DNA of 64,000 bases, taken from Octopus vulgaris (lineage: Eukaryota). The stretch covers positions 2,170,001 through 2,234,000 of the forward strand of contig OX597819.1 in NCBI GenBank assembly GCA_951406725.2, written 5' to 3'. The position numbers and the translations under genes were made by a program. Of the stretch, positions 44,050 to 56,137 are shown piece after piece. Within the stretch, counting starts at the first letter, position 1, and every line of letters starts with the position of its first letter. The notes below the pieces were generated by a model. That model was not told the origin of the DNA. It was given only the letters and a program-made list of their open reading frames with translations, and did no database searches.

Positions 44050-47000
44050 TCAGAATTTGGGCACTATGGCCCACTCAAGTAGAGAGTTATTGTTTACAGA
44101 GACATATCCGGATGTAGGGGGTTTATCCGGGATTTCTTGAAGGAATCTGTCCAAAGACTTCTTGAACCCTATAGGGTCAGTTTCTGTTTTAATGTGTTTT
44201 GGTGTAATGTTAAAGAGAGCGGGGCCAATTGAGGTGAAATAATTGTGCCGTATTGTTGTTATGAGATGAGAGTGCGATTTTTGTTTTGGGCGGATGGCAC
44301 GGGGCCCAAGCCTTGGATGTACCTTAAAGGTGATGCCAACATCATTTGGGCAATGCTGATGGAATATTTTCCACATCATGCAGATGATGTAGCGCTCACG
44401 ACGACGTTGGAGAGAATAGAGTTTTAGCTTTTCTAGTCGACCCCAATAGTCGAGGCCTGTCATGCCATCTATCTTTTTTGTGATTGCCCTTTGAGGTGCT
44501 TCGAGTTTTTTGATACCTTGTATTGTGTGGGGAGACCACAGTGGACAACAGTATTCAAGGTGGGGTCGGGCAAAAGTGGAGAAGAGAAGGATAATGGTGT
44601 GGATATCTCTCGACTGGAAAGTTCTGAGAATCCAGGAACACATTCTGCGGGCCATGTCAACTTTGGTGTTTATATGAGTGGCCCAGCTTACGTTGTTGTC
44701 CACAATTACTCCCAAGTCTCTGATGTTGTTGGACGCCGCGAGAGTTTCACCTGAAGGAAGGGAGTATGGGAGTTTCAGGGCATCCTCTTTTCCAAAGTGG
44801 ATTAGCTCAAATTTATCCTCGTTCAGCAGCATATTGTTTTTTTCTGCCCATTGGATAACAGCCAGTAGATCTGACTGAAGGCATGTCCGGTCACTCGCCT
44901 CATTTATGACCTTCTGTATCTTGGAGTCATCTGCAAAGATTTTTATGTTGCTGTGCTTGATGATGTCATTAATGTCATTAATGTAAATGATGAAAAGAAG
45001 TGGGCCCAGCACAGTGCCTTGCGGAACGCCACTACTGACTTTGGCTGGGCTTGATTTTACCCCTTCAACTACAACATGTTGAGATCTGTCTGTCAGGAAA
45101 CACTTAATCCATTTCAGTAACTTTCCAGAGACACCAATGTTGGATAGTTTTTTCAATAGGATCTTGTGATCGACCCTGTCGAAGGCCTTACTGAAATCAA
45201 GGTAGATGACATCGGTGTTGGAGCCCTCTCCCAAAGCTCTCAAAATGTCCTCAAAGTGATGCAGGAGCTGCGTTAGGCAGTCCCTTCCATTACGGAACCC
45301 ATGTTGGTTGGAGATCAGCCGTCTGTTGCTTTCCAGAAATTGGGTTATTTGAGATCTCACCACCCTCTCAAATACCTTGATGATATGAGAGGTGAGTGAG
45401 ATCGGACGGTAATTCACTGCAAGGGACTTGTTTCCCTTTTTGAAAACTGGGACAACAGACTGGGACAGAAGGTTTTTTGGAATATAGCCAGCATCCAGTG
45501 AGTTTCTCTACAGATTAGCAAGGGGAGATGCAAGTTGGTGTCGACACACCTTCAGGACACAAGCAGGGAACCTATCGGGGCCTACTGCTGAATTGTGTTT
45601 TATTTCGTTTATCGCCGCTAAGACATCAGGGGCACTAAACGTTATGTCCGATATAGTGTGTTGGGGGTTGACATCACTGATACAGCCCAGTTCGGCCATA
45701 TCAGGATTGCTGAAAACAGAGCAGTATTGTTTCTGCAGTATCTCGGCCATGGATTTGGCATTATCTTGGAGAGTGCCAGTTTCGTCAATTAGAGGGCCTA
45801 CAGTGGAGACAGTGACCCTGCGTTTCCTCGCAAATGAAAAGAACACTTTGGGGTTGAGTTTGATTTTTTCAATGGCCCACTTCTCCTCAGCTGATCTTTG
45901 GTTATTGATGAGGGACTTCATGCATTGTTGGAGGTTATATTTTTTGGATTCAAGCAGTGCGATAGCCGTCGAATGTGTGTGTTGCTGTTGGCAGTACTTT
46001 AGTTTGTTAATTTTTTTGTTTGTTCTTTTTATTTTTCTGATAATGGTTTTTCTGTTTTGGGGGATTCTGCACTTTTTGTTCACAGGTCTTGGTGGGGAGT
46101 GTTTTGCACATATGTCTGTGACGGTGTCTACAAAGATCTGCCAAGATGTTTTATGGTTGGTGGAGATGTGTGTATGTGTAAAGGACCAGTCAACATTTGA
46201 TAGCTCGTTCCTGATTGCATCCCAGTTGGCTTTATGGAGATCCATGTTGTCAAATGGGTGGGCTGGAGGAAGGTCACTAGGATTAGCTTTCGGCTGGTGG
46301 AATTTCATGTTACAGAGAACCATGTCATGGTCTGAAAGAAGGGTTTTTTCCACTGTAACGTTATGTATAGTGTTAGTGTGGTTACTAAACACTAGGTCCA
46401 AAATGTTCTGATGTCTTGTTGGTGCAAGGACAAGTTGGGACAAGAAAAACTCATTCGTAAAGTCGAAAAGTGACTCTGCTGCTTCTTTGTCAGCGGTTGA
46501 GGCGGGAGTGCTTGGTTTCAAACAGTTTGTAGTCCAGTCAACACAGGGTAGATTGAAGTCTCCCATCATGAGTATGTTGCTAGAATGGCACTGTTGAATA
46601 AAGCACTTAATGCTGTTGAGGCATTCTTTAAAGCACAGTATGGGTGTTTGGGGCGGCCTATAGAGCCCAATTACTGTCAGATCATTGGCTTTGTTGTGCA
46701 CGGTGACTGATTCACAGTAGCCGTTGGAGAATATACTATTTCCATCTGCCGTAAATGAATCATGCAGGAAAATGGCAGTTCCACCCTTCCTCCTGCCGAT
46801 ACGATCCGCGCGGATGGTTGTGAAATTCTTCACTCTCACTTCGGCTTCCAAGTGGGAGTTGTCAAGGTGGGTCTCAGTGAGAATGAAGAAAGGGATGTGG
46901 TGTGAATGGTTACCAACCCAGTCTTCAATGAATTGGACCTTCCATTTTTGTGCATTGATGGAAGGGCTGACACCTTGTGCATTGAGTAGGAATGTGGAGG

Positions 47001-47181
47001 TTAGTGTAGTGGCTGGTTTTGACTGTTGCAGGGGGCTTGGATTTTTTGTGTGTGTTAGTGGCAGCAATGTGGGGAATTGGTGCACTGGGGTAATAGCATA
47101 GGATGGTGTTGAGTGATGGCTAGAATGTTTTTGTGTATCTCTTTTGCCATGTTCAACATGGCTAAAAAAGAATTTTCCTGC
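44050..47181 (-). pseudogene. LINE ORF2: apurinic-like endonuclease + reverse transcriptase, interrupted by one in-frame TAG (45508-45510)
   Basis: APE motifs LLNAQG, LTETHL, LYRPP, MGDFN, PTR..ILDLVF, SDH. RT motifs NYRPISLTS, YLDFSKAFD, GVPQGTVLGPLLF, FADD. Track ORFs 45508..47085 and 44050..45417 are in the same frame, and the gap reads LANL*RNSLDAGYIPKNLLSQSVVPVFKKG. The frame is open upstream to the TAA at 47182-47184. Confidence 0.95.
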
Positions 47182-48284
47182 TTAGGGAGCAGTTTTTGGC
47201 CGGAGGTGTGGTTGCACTGTTGGATAGGGTTGTAGTTTCCACTTTTGTTGTTGTTGTTTTTGTGTCTTCCTGAAAAGACTGGACCAGCATTACTGCAGCA
47301 TGGTGTGTTTCTATTTTTATTGTTATTCAGGTTTGTGTGTTGGCTTGAGGCCTCGTTTCTGTTTGTGCGTCGGGTCCCTGGAAGATGAGTGAAGGGACAG
47401 TCACTCAGTAGACATGTTCTCTCACGTTGGGAATACCGGCAGATTTTGGGACTCCGAGTTGTGTGTGTTTTGAATTTCGATTTACTATTTGGTGGTGTTG
47501 ATGTCATTGTGGGATGCGTGCTTTGGCCTTGGCCAGTAGTGCGTCTAGTGCCGGGTAGATGCGTGAAGATGCAGTCACTATTTGTGCAGAGTCTCTGGCG
47601 CAGTGAATAGCGGCATATTTGGGGATTTCTTGTTTGTGCCGTGGGGGGCGCATTCTGCTTCCTATGTTTCTTTAAGTTTTTGTTACTGCAGTAGTATTGA
47701 GGTGGTGATGTGGGGGAAGAGGGCAGTGGTTTCTTATTTGGTTTTCTGTTGGTATTTTTGGTGATAGAAGACGATGGTGGCAGCGGTGGTGATGATGATG
47801 ATGATAATTGTGGTGGTTGCTGTGAGAGCGGTGAAAAGATACTGGCATTTAGTGAATCGTCTAGTAAGCTAGAGTTGAGGAGTGGCTGTTGTTGTTCTTG
47901 TTGCTGTGGCTGTTGTTGTTGTTGTTGTGCCTGACCGATGTCAGGGTCAGCCATTGTGTTGGGAACCAGGAGTGGCTCATTCTGTTGTTGTTGTTGTTGT
48001 TGTGGCTGCTGATTTTCTAGCTGTTGTTGTTCTTGAACTGTGAAAATATGTAGAAGCTTTTCATAATGGCCTCTTATCAGTTTGAAAGATACTTCGATAT
48101 GTTTCAACTTGCTACGAATCTGTTTGACGGATCGTGTGTTGACCACTTGTGATGTTTTTTCGGCAATCTCATTCAAACACAAGACATTTAGATTTTCTGT
48201 TTGGGAAAGAGAGAGCCATGTGTTTATTAAAACATCAATTTCGTTATCAGACCAATTTCGTCTGTTGCAAGGCCTGCAAGTTAG
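47055..48284 (-). CDS. LINE ORF1: Myb/SANT-like N-terminus, Q/S/P-rich linker, two CCCH zinc fingers
   Basis: The frame is open from 48284 (LTCRPCNRRNWSDNEIDVLINTW...IAEK...RSVKQIRSKLKHI). It contains poly-Q tracts and the repeats CRYSLRQRLCTNSDCIFTH (47559-47615) and CRYSQRERTCLLSDCPFTH (47385-47441). The nearest upstream ATG (48286-48288) is out of frame by 1 nt. Confidence 0.85.
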   Translation of the reverse strand, partial: LTCRPCNRRNWSDNEIDVLINTWLSLSQTENLNVLCLNEIAEKTSQVVNTRSVKQIRSKLKHIEVSFKLIRGHYEKLLHIFTVQEQQQLENQQPQQQQQQQNEPLLVPNTMADPDIGQAQQQQQQPQQQEQQQPLLNSSLLDDSLNASIFSPLSQQPPQLSSSSSPPLPPSSSITKNTNRKPNKKPLPSSPTSPPQYYCSNKNLKKHRKQNAPPTAQTRNPQICRYSLRQRLCTNSDCIFTHLPGTRRTTGQGQSTHPTMTSTPPNSKSKFKTHTTRSPKICRYSQRERTCLLSDCPFTHLPGTRRTNRNEASSQHTNLNNNKNRNTPCCSNAGPVFSGRHKNNNNKSGNYNPIQQCNHTSGQKLLPKQENSFLAMLNMAKEIHKNILAITQHHPMLLPQCTNSPHCCH

Positions 48285-48589
48285 TCATGTTTGTTTTTCT
48301 TTTGTTTGTTTTCCTTTTGATTTTTGAAAATATATATATTCTTTCTTGGGAGTTAAAGAAGTGTATATATATATAAATGTTCTCTCTTAAGGGTGTGAGT
48401 TTTTGATTATTTGGTTGTTTGAGGATATTAAAAGAAAAACAGGTGTATATAACAATTTGTAGTTAAATGAAAACGTACTTACGGGTTTGTAGGCAAACAC
48501 GTGGTTACAAATATATATATATTTAAGGTCAGTTAGTTTTGAGGCTGTGTAGCTTGCTACTGACTCGGGAGAGAAACAAATAGACGTCC

Positions 48590-48658
<69 letters not shown>

Positions 48659-48775
48659 TGTATACATATATATTTACATATTACATATATATATATATAT
48701 ATGTATACATATATATATATATATATATATGTATACATATATATATATATATATGTAATATGTAAATATATATGT

Positions 48776-48815
<40 letters not shown>

Positions 48816-48826
48816 TATATATATAT

Positions 48827-48860
<34 letters not shown>

Positions 48861-48909
48861 GTATGTATACATATATATTTACATATTACATATATATATA
48901 TATATATGT

Positions 48910-48967
<58 letters not shown>

Positions 48968-49014
48968 ACATATATATTTACATATTACATATATATATAT
49001 ATATATATATATGT

Positions 49015-49062
<48 letters not shown>

Positions 49063-49104
49063 GCAGATGTGGTTGTGTGGTAAGAATAAAAGAATAAAAG
49101 AATA

Positions 49105-49598
49105 TATTCTTTTATTCTTTTACTTGTTTCAGTTATTTAACTGCGGCCATGATGGAGCACCCCCTTGAATGGTTTTAGTCGAACAAATCCATCCCAGGAC
49201 TTATTTTTAAGCCTAGTACTTATTCTATCGGTCTATTTTGCCAAAACACTAAGTTACGGAGACGTAAACCCACCAGCACTGATTGTCAAGTTTTGATGGG
49301 GTGGGGTAGAACAAACACAGGTACAAAGGCACACATGCATATACATATACATATGTATATATACGACGGGCTTTTTTATGTTTCCGTCTACCAATTCAAC
49401 TCACAATGTTTTGGTCGGCCCGAGGTTATAGTAGAAGACACTTCCCCAACGTACCGCGCAATGGGAGTGAAACCGGAACCATGTGGTTGGGACGCAAGCT
49501 TCTTACTGCACATCCATGCACACAAACACCCGGGCCGACCAAAGCCTTGTGAGTGGATTTGGTAGACGGAAACTGAAAAGAAGCCCGTCGTATATATG

Positions 49599-49629
<31 letters not shown>

Positions 49630-49850
49630 ATTTGTGTGTCTGTGTTTGTACCCCTAACAGCGTTTGACAACCGATGCTGGTGTGTTTATGTCCCCGTTAC
49701 TTAGCGGTTCGGCAAAAGAGACCGATAGAATAAGTACTGGGATTACAAAAAGAATAAGTCCGGGGGTCGAGTTGCTCGATTAAAGGCGGTGCTCCAGCAT
49801 GGCCGCAGTCAAATGACTGAAACAAGTAAAAGAGTAAAAGAGTAAAGAGT
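49105..49850. mobile_element. Two adjacent family-A SINEs in inverted (head-to-head) orientation
   Basis: A minus-strand copy at 49105-49520 and a 5'-truncated plus-strand copy at 49530-49850. Confidence 0.85.
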
Positions 49851-49854
49851 ATAT

Positions 49855-50031
<177 letters not shown>

Positions 50032-50383
50032 TATATATGATTGCTTCCTAAGCACATAATTCTGGATTCAGTCCCACTGCGTGGAAATCTGACCAAGGTT
50101 CTTCTATTATTGCCCCGATTTCTGAGTGGATTTATTACCCAAAAACTGAAAGAAACTTCATGTATATATATGTGTGAATATATCTTTGTGTACGTCTGTG
50201 AATGCTCGCGCGCGCATATGTCTGCCTGTGGTTTTGTCCCCCACCACCGCATGACAACTTGATTTTATTACGTCCCTGTAACTTAGCGATCAGAACTAGA
50301 GTCAACCCGTTCGAGTAAAACACTTCAATGCATAGCCCCACCACAGCTGCAGTCCAATGATTGAAACAAATAAAAGATAAATG

Positions 50384-50447
<64 letters not shown>

Positions 50448-51647
50448 GCGTCTGGCAAATTATTTTATTTCTATACAAAGGATAAAAAAATTTGAAACAT
50501 AGGTATAATCTCTGGAAATTAAAAAATAACAAGGTAGACGTTTTTTAAAGAACTTTTGAACATTCCCTTCAAAAGAGAACTTGCTCTTAAATGTGGTTTC
50601 GTTGTCGTTTTGACATAGGTATAACCGTAAAATAATAACTTTTTTATTTTTCATTCCCTTCAGCGTGTAAAAAACTACCTGTTAAAGGTAGTTTCTCTTG
50701 TGTTTTAAATATATATATATGCACTGTATATATATATATATATGCATGTATATATATGTATGTATATATGCATATATATGTGTATATATGTATGTATATA
50801 TGCATATATATGTATATATATATATATATATATAATATATATATGCATATATATATAATATTTATACATTATTTATATTATTATATATATATATATATAT
50901 ATGTTTGTATGTATGTAGGCGTACATACGTACAAATGATATTGCTGGCTTATTAGTATATATATACCTATGTATGTATATATACGTTATACACGTATTTA
51001 TGTATATGCTATATAATTGCATATATTTATATATTAATATATATATATATATAGACACACATATTTATACATACATTTATGTACTCACTCAAACACGTAC
51101 TCACACATAACACCCACATACACGTATACACACACTCACACACATATAAACACAGATATATACGCCTGTAAACATACATAGCATCAGATATGCATGAATG
51201 GACAAAGCGTTACAAAGATAGACATTAACATATACCAAGAGGCTGTATTTATCCCCACTTAAACGTGAGTGTTTCTATCAGAACAAACTATAAATGCTTA
51301 AGTGGGTATACAAATTACTTCTTGGTAATAATATTGCCTCTGTTGCTAATATATATTTGCTAACAGATACGTCCAATTATAAACGTATCTGTAGAAATGT
51401 GCATGCGAATTTCCGGTTGAATTCTGAAAATTTTTCACATGCGAAAACAGAATTATTTTACCTTTGTGGACGACTGCTCTAAAATATGGTCACGAGGTAG
51501 CGGTGTTATACAGCCGAGCCCAAGGCAATCCTTTGCAACCACCCCATGTAGATTACCTCACTGTATGAGATGAGCTTGCTGGGGGAAACGCTAAAAGTGT
51601 CGATGCGCTACTCCATGCAGCGAAGACGTGAAATATATGAAGTGTAA

Positions 51648-51713
<66 letters not shown>

Positions 51714-52126
51714 TAGGATGAAATTTTTTTACAGAAAAAATTCCATCAAAAAATGTGGCAGCATATTAAAATACATTTAAGGTTAAAATTATACACAATT
51801 TATATATAAGGGCTAAAGAAAATTATTTCTATGCCAATATGCTGATAACATACTTTTAAATCGTCAATTTCCACATATTATTTACTCGCTACAGAAAACA
51901 CGTAGAGCTGAAAACGGGGAAGGCCAGCCAGTAGAATTTTTTTTTAAAAGTTCGTTATTTCTATATTTAATCAAGTTCGGAATTAATCTCATAATAGATT
52001 TTTTTCCTCTTCAGTAGAAAATACGAAAAGACATAAATAAGATACTTACATGCGCCCATGCGCTGAGGCTGACCAAAGAATTTTATTTTTGGATATATCT
52101 GGGGTACTTATATGTACTCATGATTT

Positions 52127-53135
52127 TTGCTTCGGCTTTTTTCCATGAGAGGAGGAGCAATAAATATCGCGGAAGCTCCTCCACGAGAAGACTTAAACTC
52201 CTTCTGGTGGAAAATCTGGAGCGAAGAGAACGAATTTAACCAAGATGCTCTGTGGCTGGAAGAAATCCGAAAAAGTTATTGCTCTGAGTTACATCCAAGA
52301 CATACAACATTGATGGTGAAACTCTTGCAACTGTGATCCAGAAATTTCAGGATGGAAAAGTACCTAGAAGAGACTTGATTGTTGGATATTGGGTACAAGA
52401 AGCTAACTTTCTACCTACCATACCTTATCAATCTGTACCAGAAATCCATCAGAAGAGTAATTCCGAGGACAAAGAAATAAAACCCCACAATATGGTAGAA
52501 GTCATAGCCACTCATAATGAAAAGGAATACTGGTGGAATGTACCAGTGAAAACATGAATAAAATGTGAGCACAACAGACCTGATATAATGATTCGGGATA
52601 GAGAAGAGAAACTGTGCACAGTTGTGGAAATTAGCTGCCCAGCGGATGTTAGCATAAAGCTGAAGATCAGTGAAAAAGAGAACAACTATGCTGAAATCTG
52701 CAGTTATTCTATCCAGATTACAAGTTCAGGTTTATACCTGTAATTATTGGGGCTCTGGAATATGTAACACACTGCCTAAATATCAATCTTGAGAAATTAG
52801 GCTTCTCAAATCCAGAAAGGAGAAAGCTAATTCGAAGACTGCAGATCCAATCATTCACTGAAACTGTAAAAATCTGTAAAACTTTCCAGAAGTTTATCAT
52901 TTAAATATATATGAGCATGTCTAAATATGTAACTATATGCATGAGAATACATACATGAAACATACAAATCTGCACATACATACATACATACATACATACA
53001 TACATACAAACAAAAATACCCTATTGTTGATGTTGAAATTCCAATGAAGGAACCTTGGATCTAGGTTAGAAACCAGTTCTTTCTCTATTCGCAAGAAATC
53101 TTGAAACAAACCGAATAATGTCATACATACATAAC
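52127..53135 (+). mobile_element. Internally deleted R4/Dong-like non-LTR retrotransposon (restriction-like endonuclease)
   Basis: PPREDLNSFWWKIWSEENEFNQDALWL and P..DLIVGYW (pre-RT region) are joined to EYWWNVPVKT..CEHNRPDIMIRDREEKLCTVVEISCP..K..Y...IPVIIGAL (PD-(D/E)xK domain). The 3' UTR ends in (CATA)n. Confidence 0.85.
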
Positions 53136-53720
53136 TCCAAATCTACTCAGCTAAAGATGTTGAATATCTTAATTTATTATTAAATATATGCTCATGCATC
53201 GAGTATCTACTGGTGAAGATATCTGGTCTGGGATCTACAGAAAGTATTCATTCTCATTATGGATATTGATCTTATATTTATAAACCATTTTTTTCATTTT
53301 TGTTAGGCCATTCCCATTAAGAGGACATTCCAGTTACTTTACAAATTCAGGTAGGTCAATCCTGGATAGAACTAGTAGAATTTAACGTTGTATCATGCAC
53401 ACAACAGGTCTATTGCTGAGGAGATTGTTACGCTATCATTTAGATTTTAGAAATTACCACCACAACTTCTGGTATTATAAGCAGTGATAGTGTTATTGCT
53501 AGATTCCCTAGATGAAAGCATAGTTTTAACCTCATTAATATTAGTATAGTTGCTATCGCCTACTAGTATATTATCATTTTGTTCACTCGGTAATTAGATA
53601 TGTTTCAGTATATAGTTTGATATACATATATATAGTTACATATACATGTTTCACATACTAATAATTGGAGAAATTCTCAACATCCTGGCTAAGATCTTTA
53701 TTATCAGAATAATAGTTTTA
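53135..53720 (-). mobile_element. Degraded Penelope-like GIY-YIG fragment
   Basis: ECPLNGNGLTK / VYKYKI...YF / LRYSTSLAE.IW resembles the PLE CPLNG.C..N.VY...T.LS.YIW pattern. Confidence 0.5.
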
Positions 53721-54445
53721 TTCCTAGTTCTCCTCGAATTATTTCAAGCGCAAATATCTATCTATCTGATAGCTAGTTATCAACGTATCTATCTCTCTAT
53801 TTATCTACCTATGTCTTTATCTGTATGCCTGAGAATGCATATGTATGTAAAAGAAGGATGTATATGTGTATATTATATTTATGTGAAATATACGTGCATA
53901 TACATTATATATATATAACAAAATATAAAATAAAACATATGCATATATACATACATAAATATACGTACGTACATCTAGATGTATATATACATGCATATAT
54001 AGGTACAGGACACCAAAAAAAAAACGTCGAACACAATGAGAAACGAAAACATAAACACAAAACCAAGGAAATGGACATTTTTCTGAAACAGCGAAAAAAT
54101 AGAGTACAAGACATACAACACAAGGAACATTCCCCTTCTTCAGCCGCCTCTGTTTCATCTACTCCGCGTTTCGAAGGTAAAGGTGAGATACGACTTCTTT
54201 GAAACAGTCTTTCCCGCAAAAGCAAATTAAATAAAATTTGAGATTTTTTTTGCGGAGGGGTAAAAATGGTAACAAAAACAGGACAGTAAAAACAATACAA
54301 AATAAAAACAGTAAAAGGCAGGACAAGGTGAATAACGGTAACACGGACATTAAGGGTTGTTAAGCCAGATCGAATGGAAAAATATTTTGAACGCTTTGAG
54401 AACGGCGAGAGAGACAGGGAAAGCCGTCTACACTTGATGGAAGCC

Positions 54446-54537
<92 letters not shown>

Positions 54538-54689
54538 GTGCTGTGCTTTATATTTGTTAACTTCAAATTAAAGGCAACCTAAAGTGCATGACATTTACTC
54601 AGTTTTAAAACTTTCTCTTTTCTGTTACGGCGCAGTAAATGTAAAGTTAACCCTTCATGTTCAGTTGCAGAAAGTGCTTGAGTCCTTTC

Positions 54690-55100
54690 GAGGGGAACTG
54701 TCGCCCGTGACCAAATAATAGAGACTTTAACAGCAGTCAAATGGTGACACGTCCTCATGACAACCCCTCTTGTCCTACATCATCAATGAAATCCGCAGCA
54801 CATTGACGAGGACCCCCACCGAGATAATGTATTCTAGTATAAAACTTCTAGTGAGCTACTTAGATGAGTCGGCGATCCGATCCTTGCACTACTCGAAGCT
54901 GTTCAAATACACGACGAATCGTATTACGCTTTGATTCTTTTCTGCGAGAAACTTCCGCATGGCCTAGAAAGTGAACGGGCTGGATTACAAACGGCCCTGC
55001 ACAGACTCAAAAGAGGTATCCACACTGAAGCAAAGAAGTTTCCGTCATCACGGAAAGACCTGGTATTTTGAAAACGAAGGTCATTTCACTTTTTTCCCAT
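54690..55100 (+). mobile_element. Highly degraded Gypsy-like integrase C-terminal fragment
   Basis: Weak relics (RDQIIETL, PLVL, IRS...TPTEIMY) resemble ERFHR.LK...LP.VLLGIRS..SPAELVYG. Confidence 0.35.
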
Positions 55101-55395
55101 ACGGTCACAAGCTCAAAACAGAACCGACGTAACTGACAATATATTTTAAAACTGAAGACAGCTAGCTAGCAAAAACATTAGCACGCCAGGCAAAATCCTT
55201 AGCGGCATTTTGTCCGTCTTTATATTCTCTGAGTTCAAATTCAGCCGAGATGTACATGGACATAACTTCATGTTATATAACATAAAATAAACCAGCATGC
55301 ATTTGTTCATTTCTTATATGTGCGTGCGCCTGTTTGCGTATTGTATGCGTGTGTATGTATGACTATATATGTATATACATACAAGTATAGGGCGC

Positions 55396-55431
<36 letters not shown>

Positions 55432-55537
55432 TTGTATTTCATTTATACATATTTATACATAAATACATATATATCTATATAGATACATATATAATGCATA
55501 TACACATACACACACACACACACACACACGTGCGCGT

Positions 55538-55593
<56 letters not shown>

Positions 55594-56053
55594 CTATATA
55601 TATATATATATATATATGTACATACATATACATACATATATAGTGTATATGTGTATATGAATTTAAATAGATGTATATATCTATGTATATATTTATATCT
55701 ATGTGGCTGTGTGGTAAGAAGCTTGCTTCCCAACTACATGGTTCCGGATTCACCAAAGCCTTGTGAGTGAATTTAGTAAACGGAAACAGAAAGAAGCCCA
55801 AGGTATATGTGTGTATGTGTGTGTGTGTATGTGCGCGCGCGCGTGTCTATGTTCATGTATGTGTGTCTTTGTGTCTTATTTTTCCCTACACCATCGCTTG
55901 ACAACCGATGTTGGTGTGTTTATGCCCCCGTAACCTAGCGGTTCAGCAAAGATATAAAAGCTACTAGACTGACAAAGAATAAATCTTGGGGTCGATTTCT
56001 TCGATCAAAACAAAACCCTTTAAGGCGGTGCTTTTATATCTTTGCTGAACCGC

Positions 56054-56137
<84 letters not shown>

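Larger units (their letters stand above)
43960..48592 (-). mobile_element. Full-length CR1-like non-LTR retrotransposon (LINE), ~4.6 kb
   Basis: Two long ORFs (ORF1; APE+RT ORF2). The 3' end is a short tandem repeat (TATCAAAG)x3 at 43960-43983, typical of CR1-clade tails. The 5' end GACGGACGTC abuts a (TA)n tract at ~48592. Both flanks are TA-rich microsatellite. Confidence 0.93.

Noticed and set aside
45593-46411. 272-aa plus-strand ORF
   Set aside because: Antisense shadow of LINE ORF2 with no recognisable domain.
49785-49850. SINE tail GACTGAAACAAGTAAAAG resembling a hammerhead 3' half
   Set aside because: There is no CUGANGA upstream of the CAGTC/GACTG stem; more likely a LINE-type 3' stem-loop.
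53645-53715. Further hammerhead-like relics (CUGAUAA...GAAACAUGUA here; also ~54130-54200, ~58590-58640, ~61715-61760)
   Set aside because: The core is incomplete or stem I cannot be formed; too degraded to call without a family consensus.
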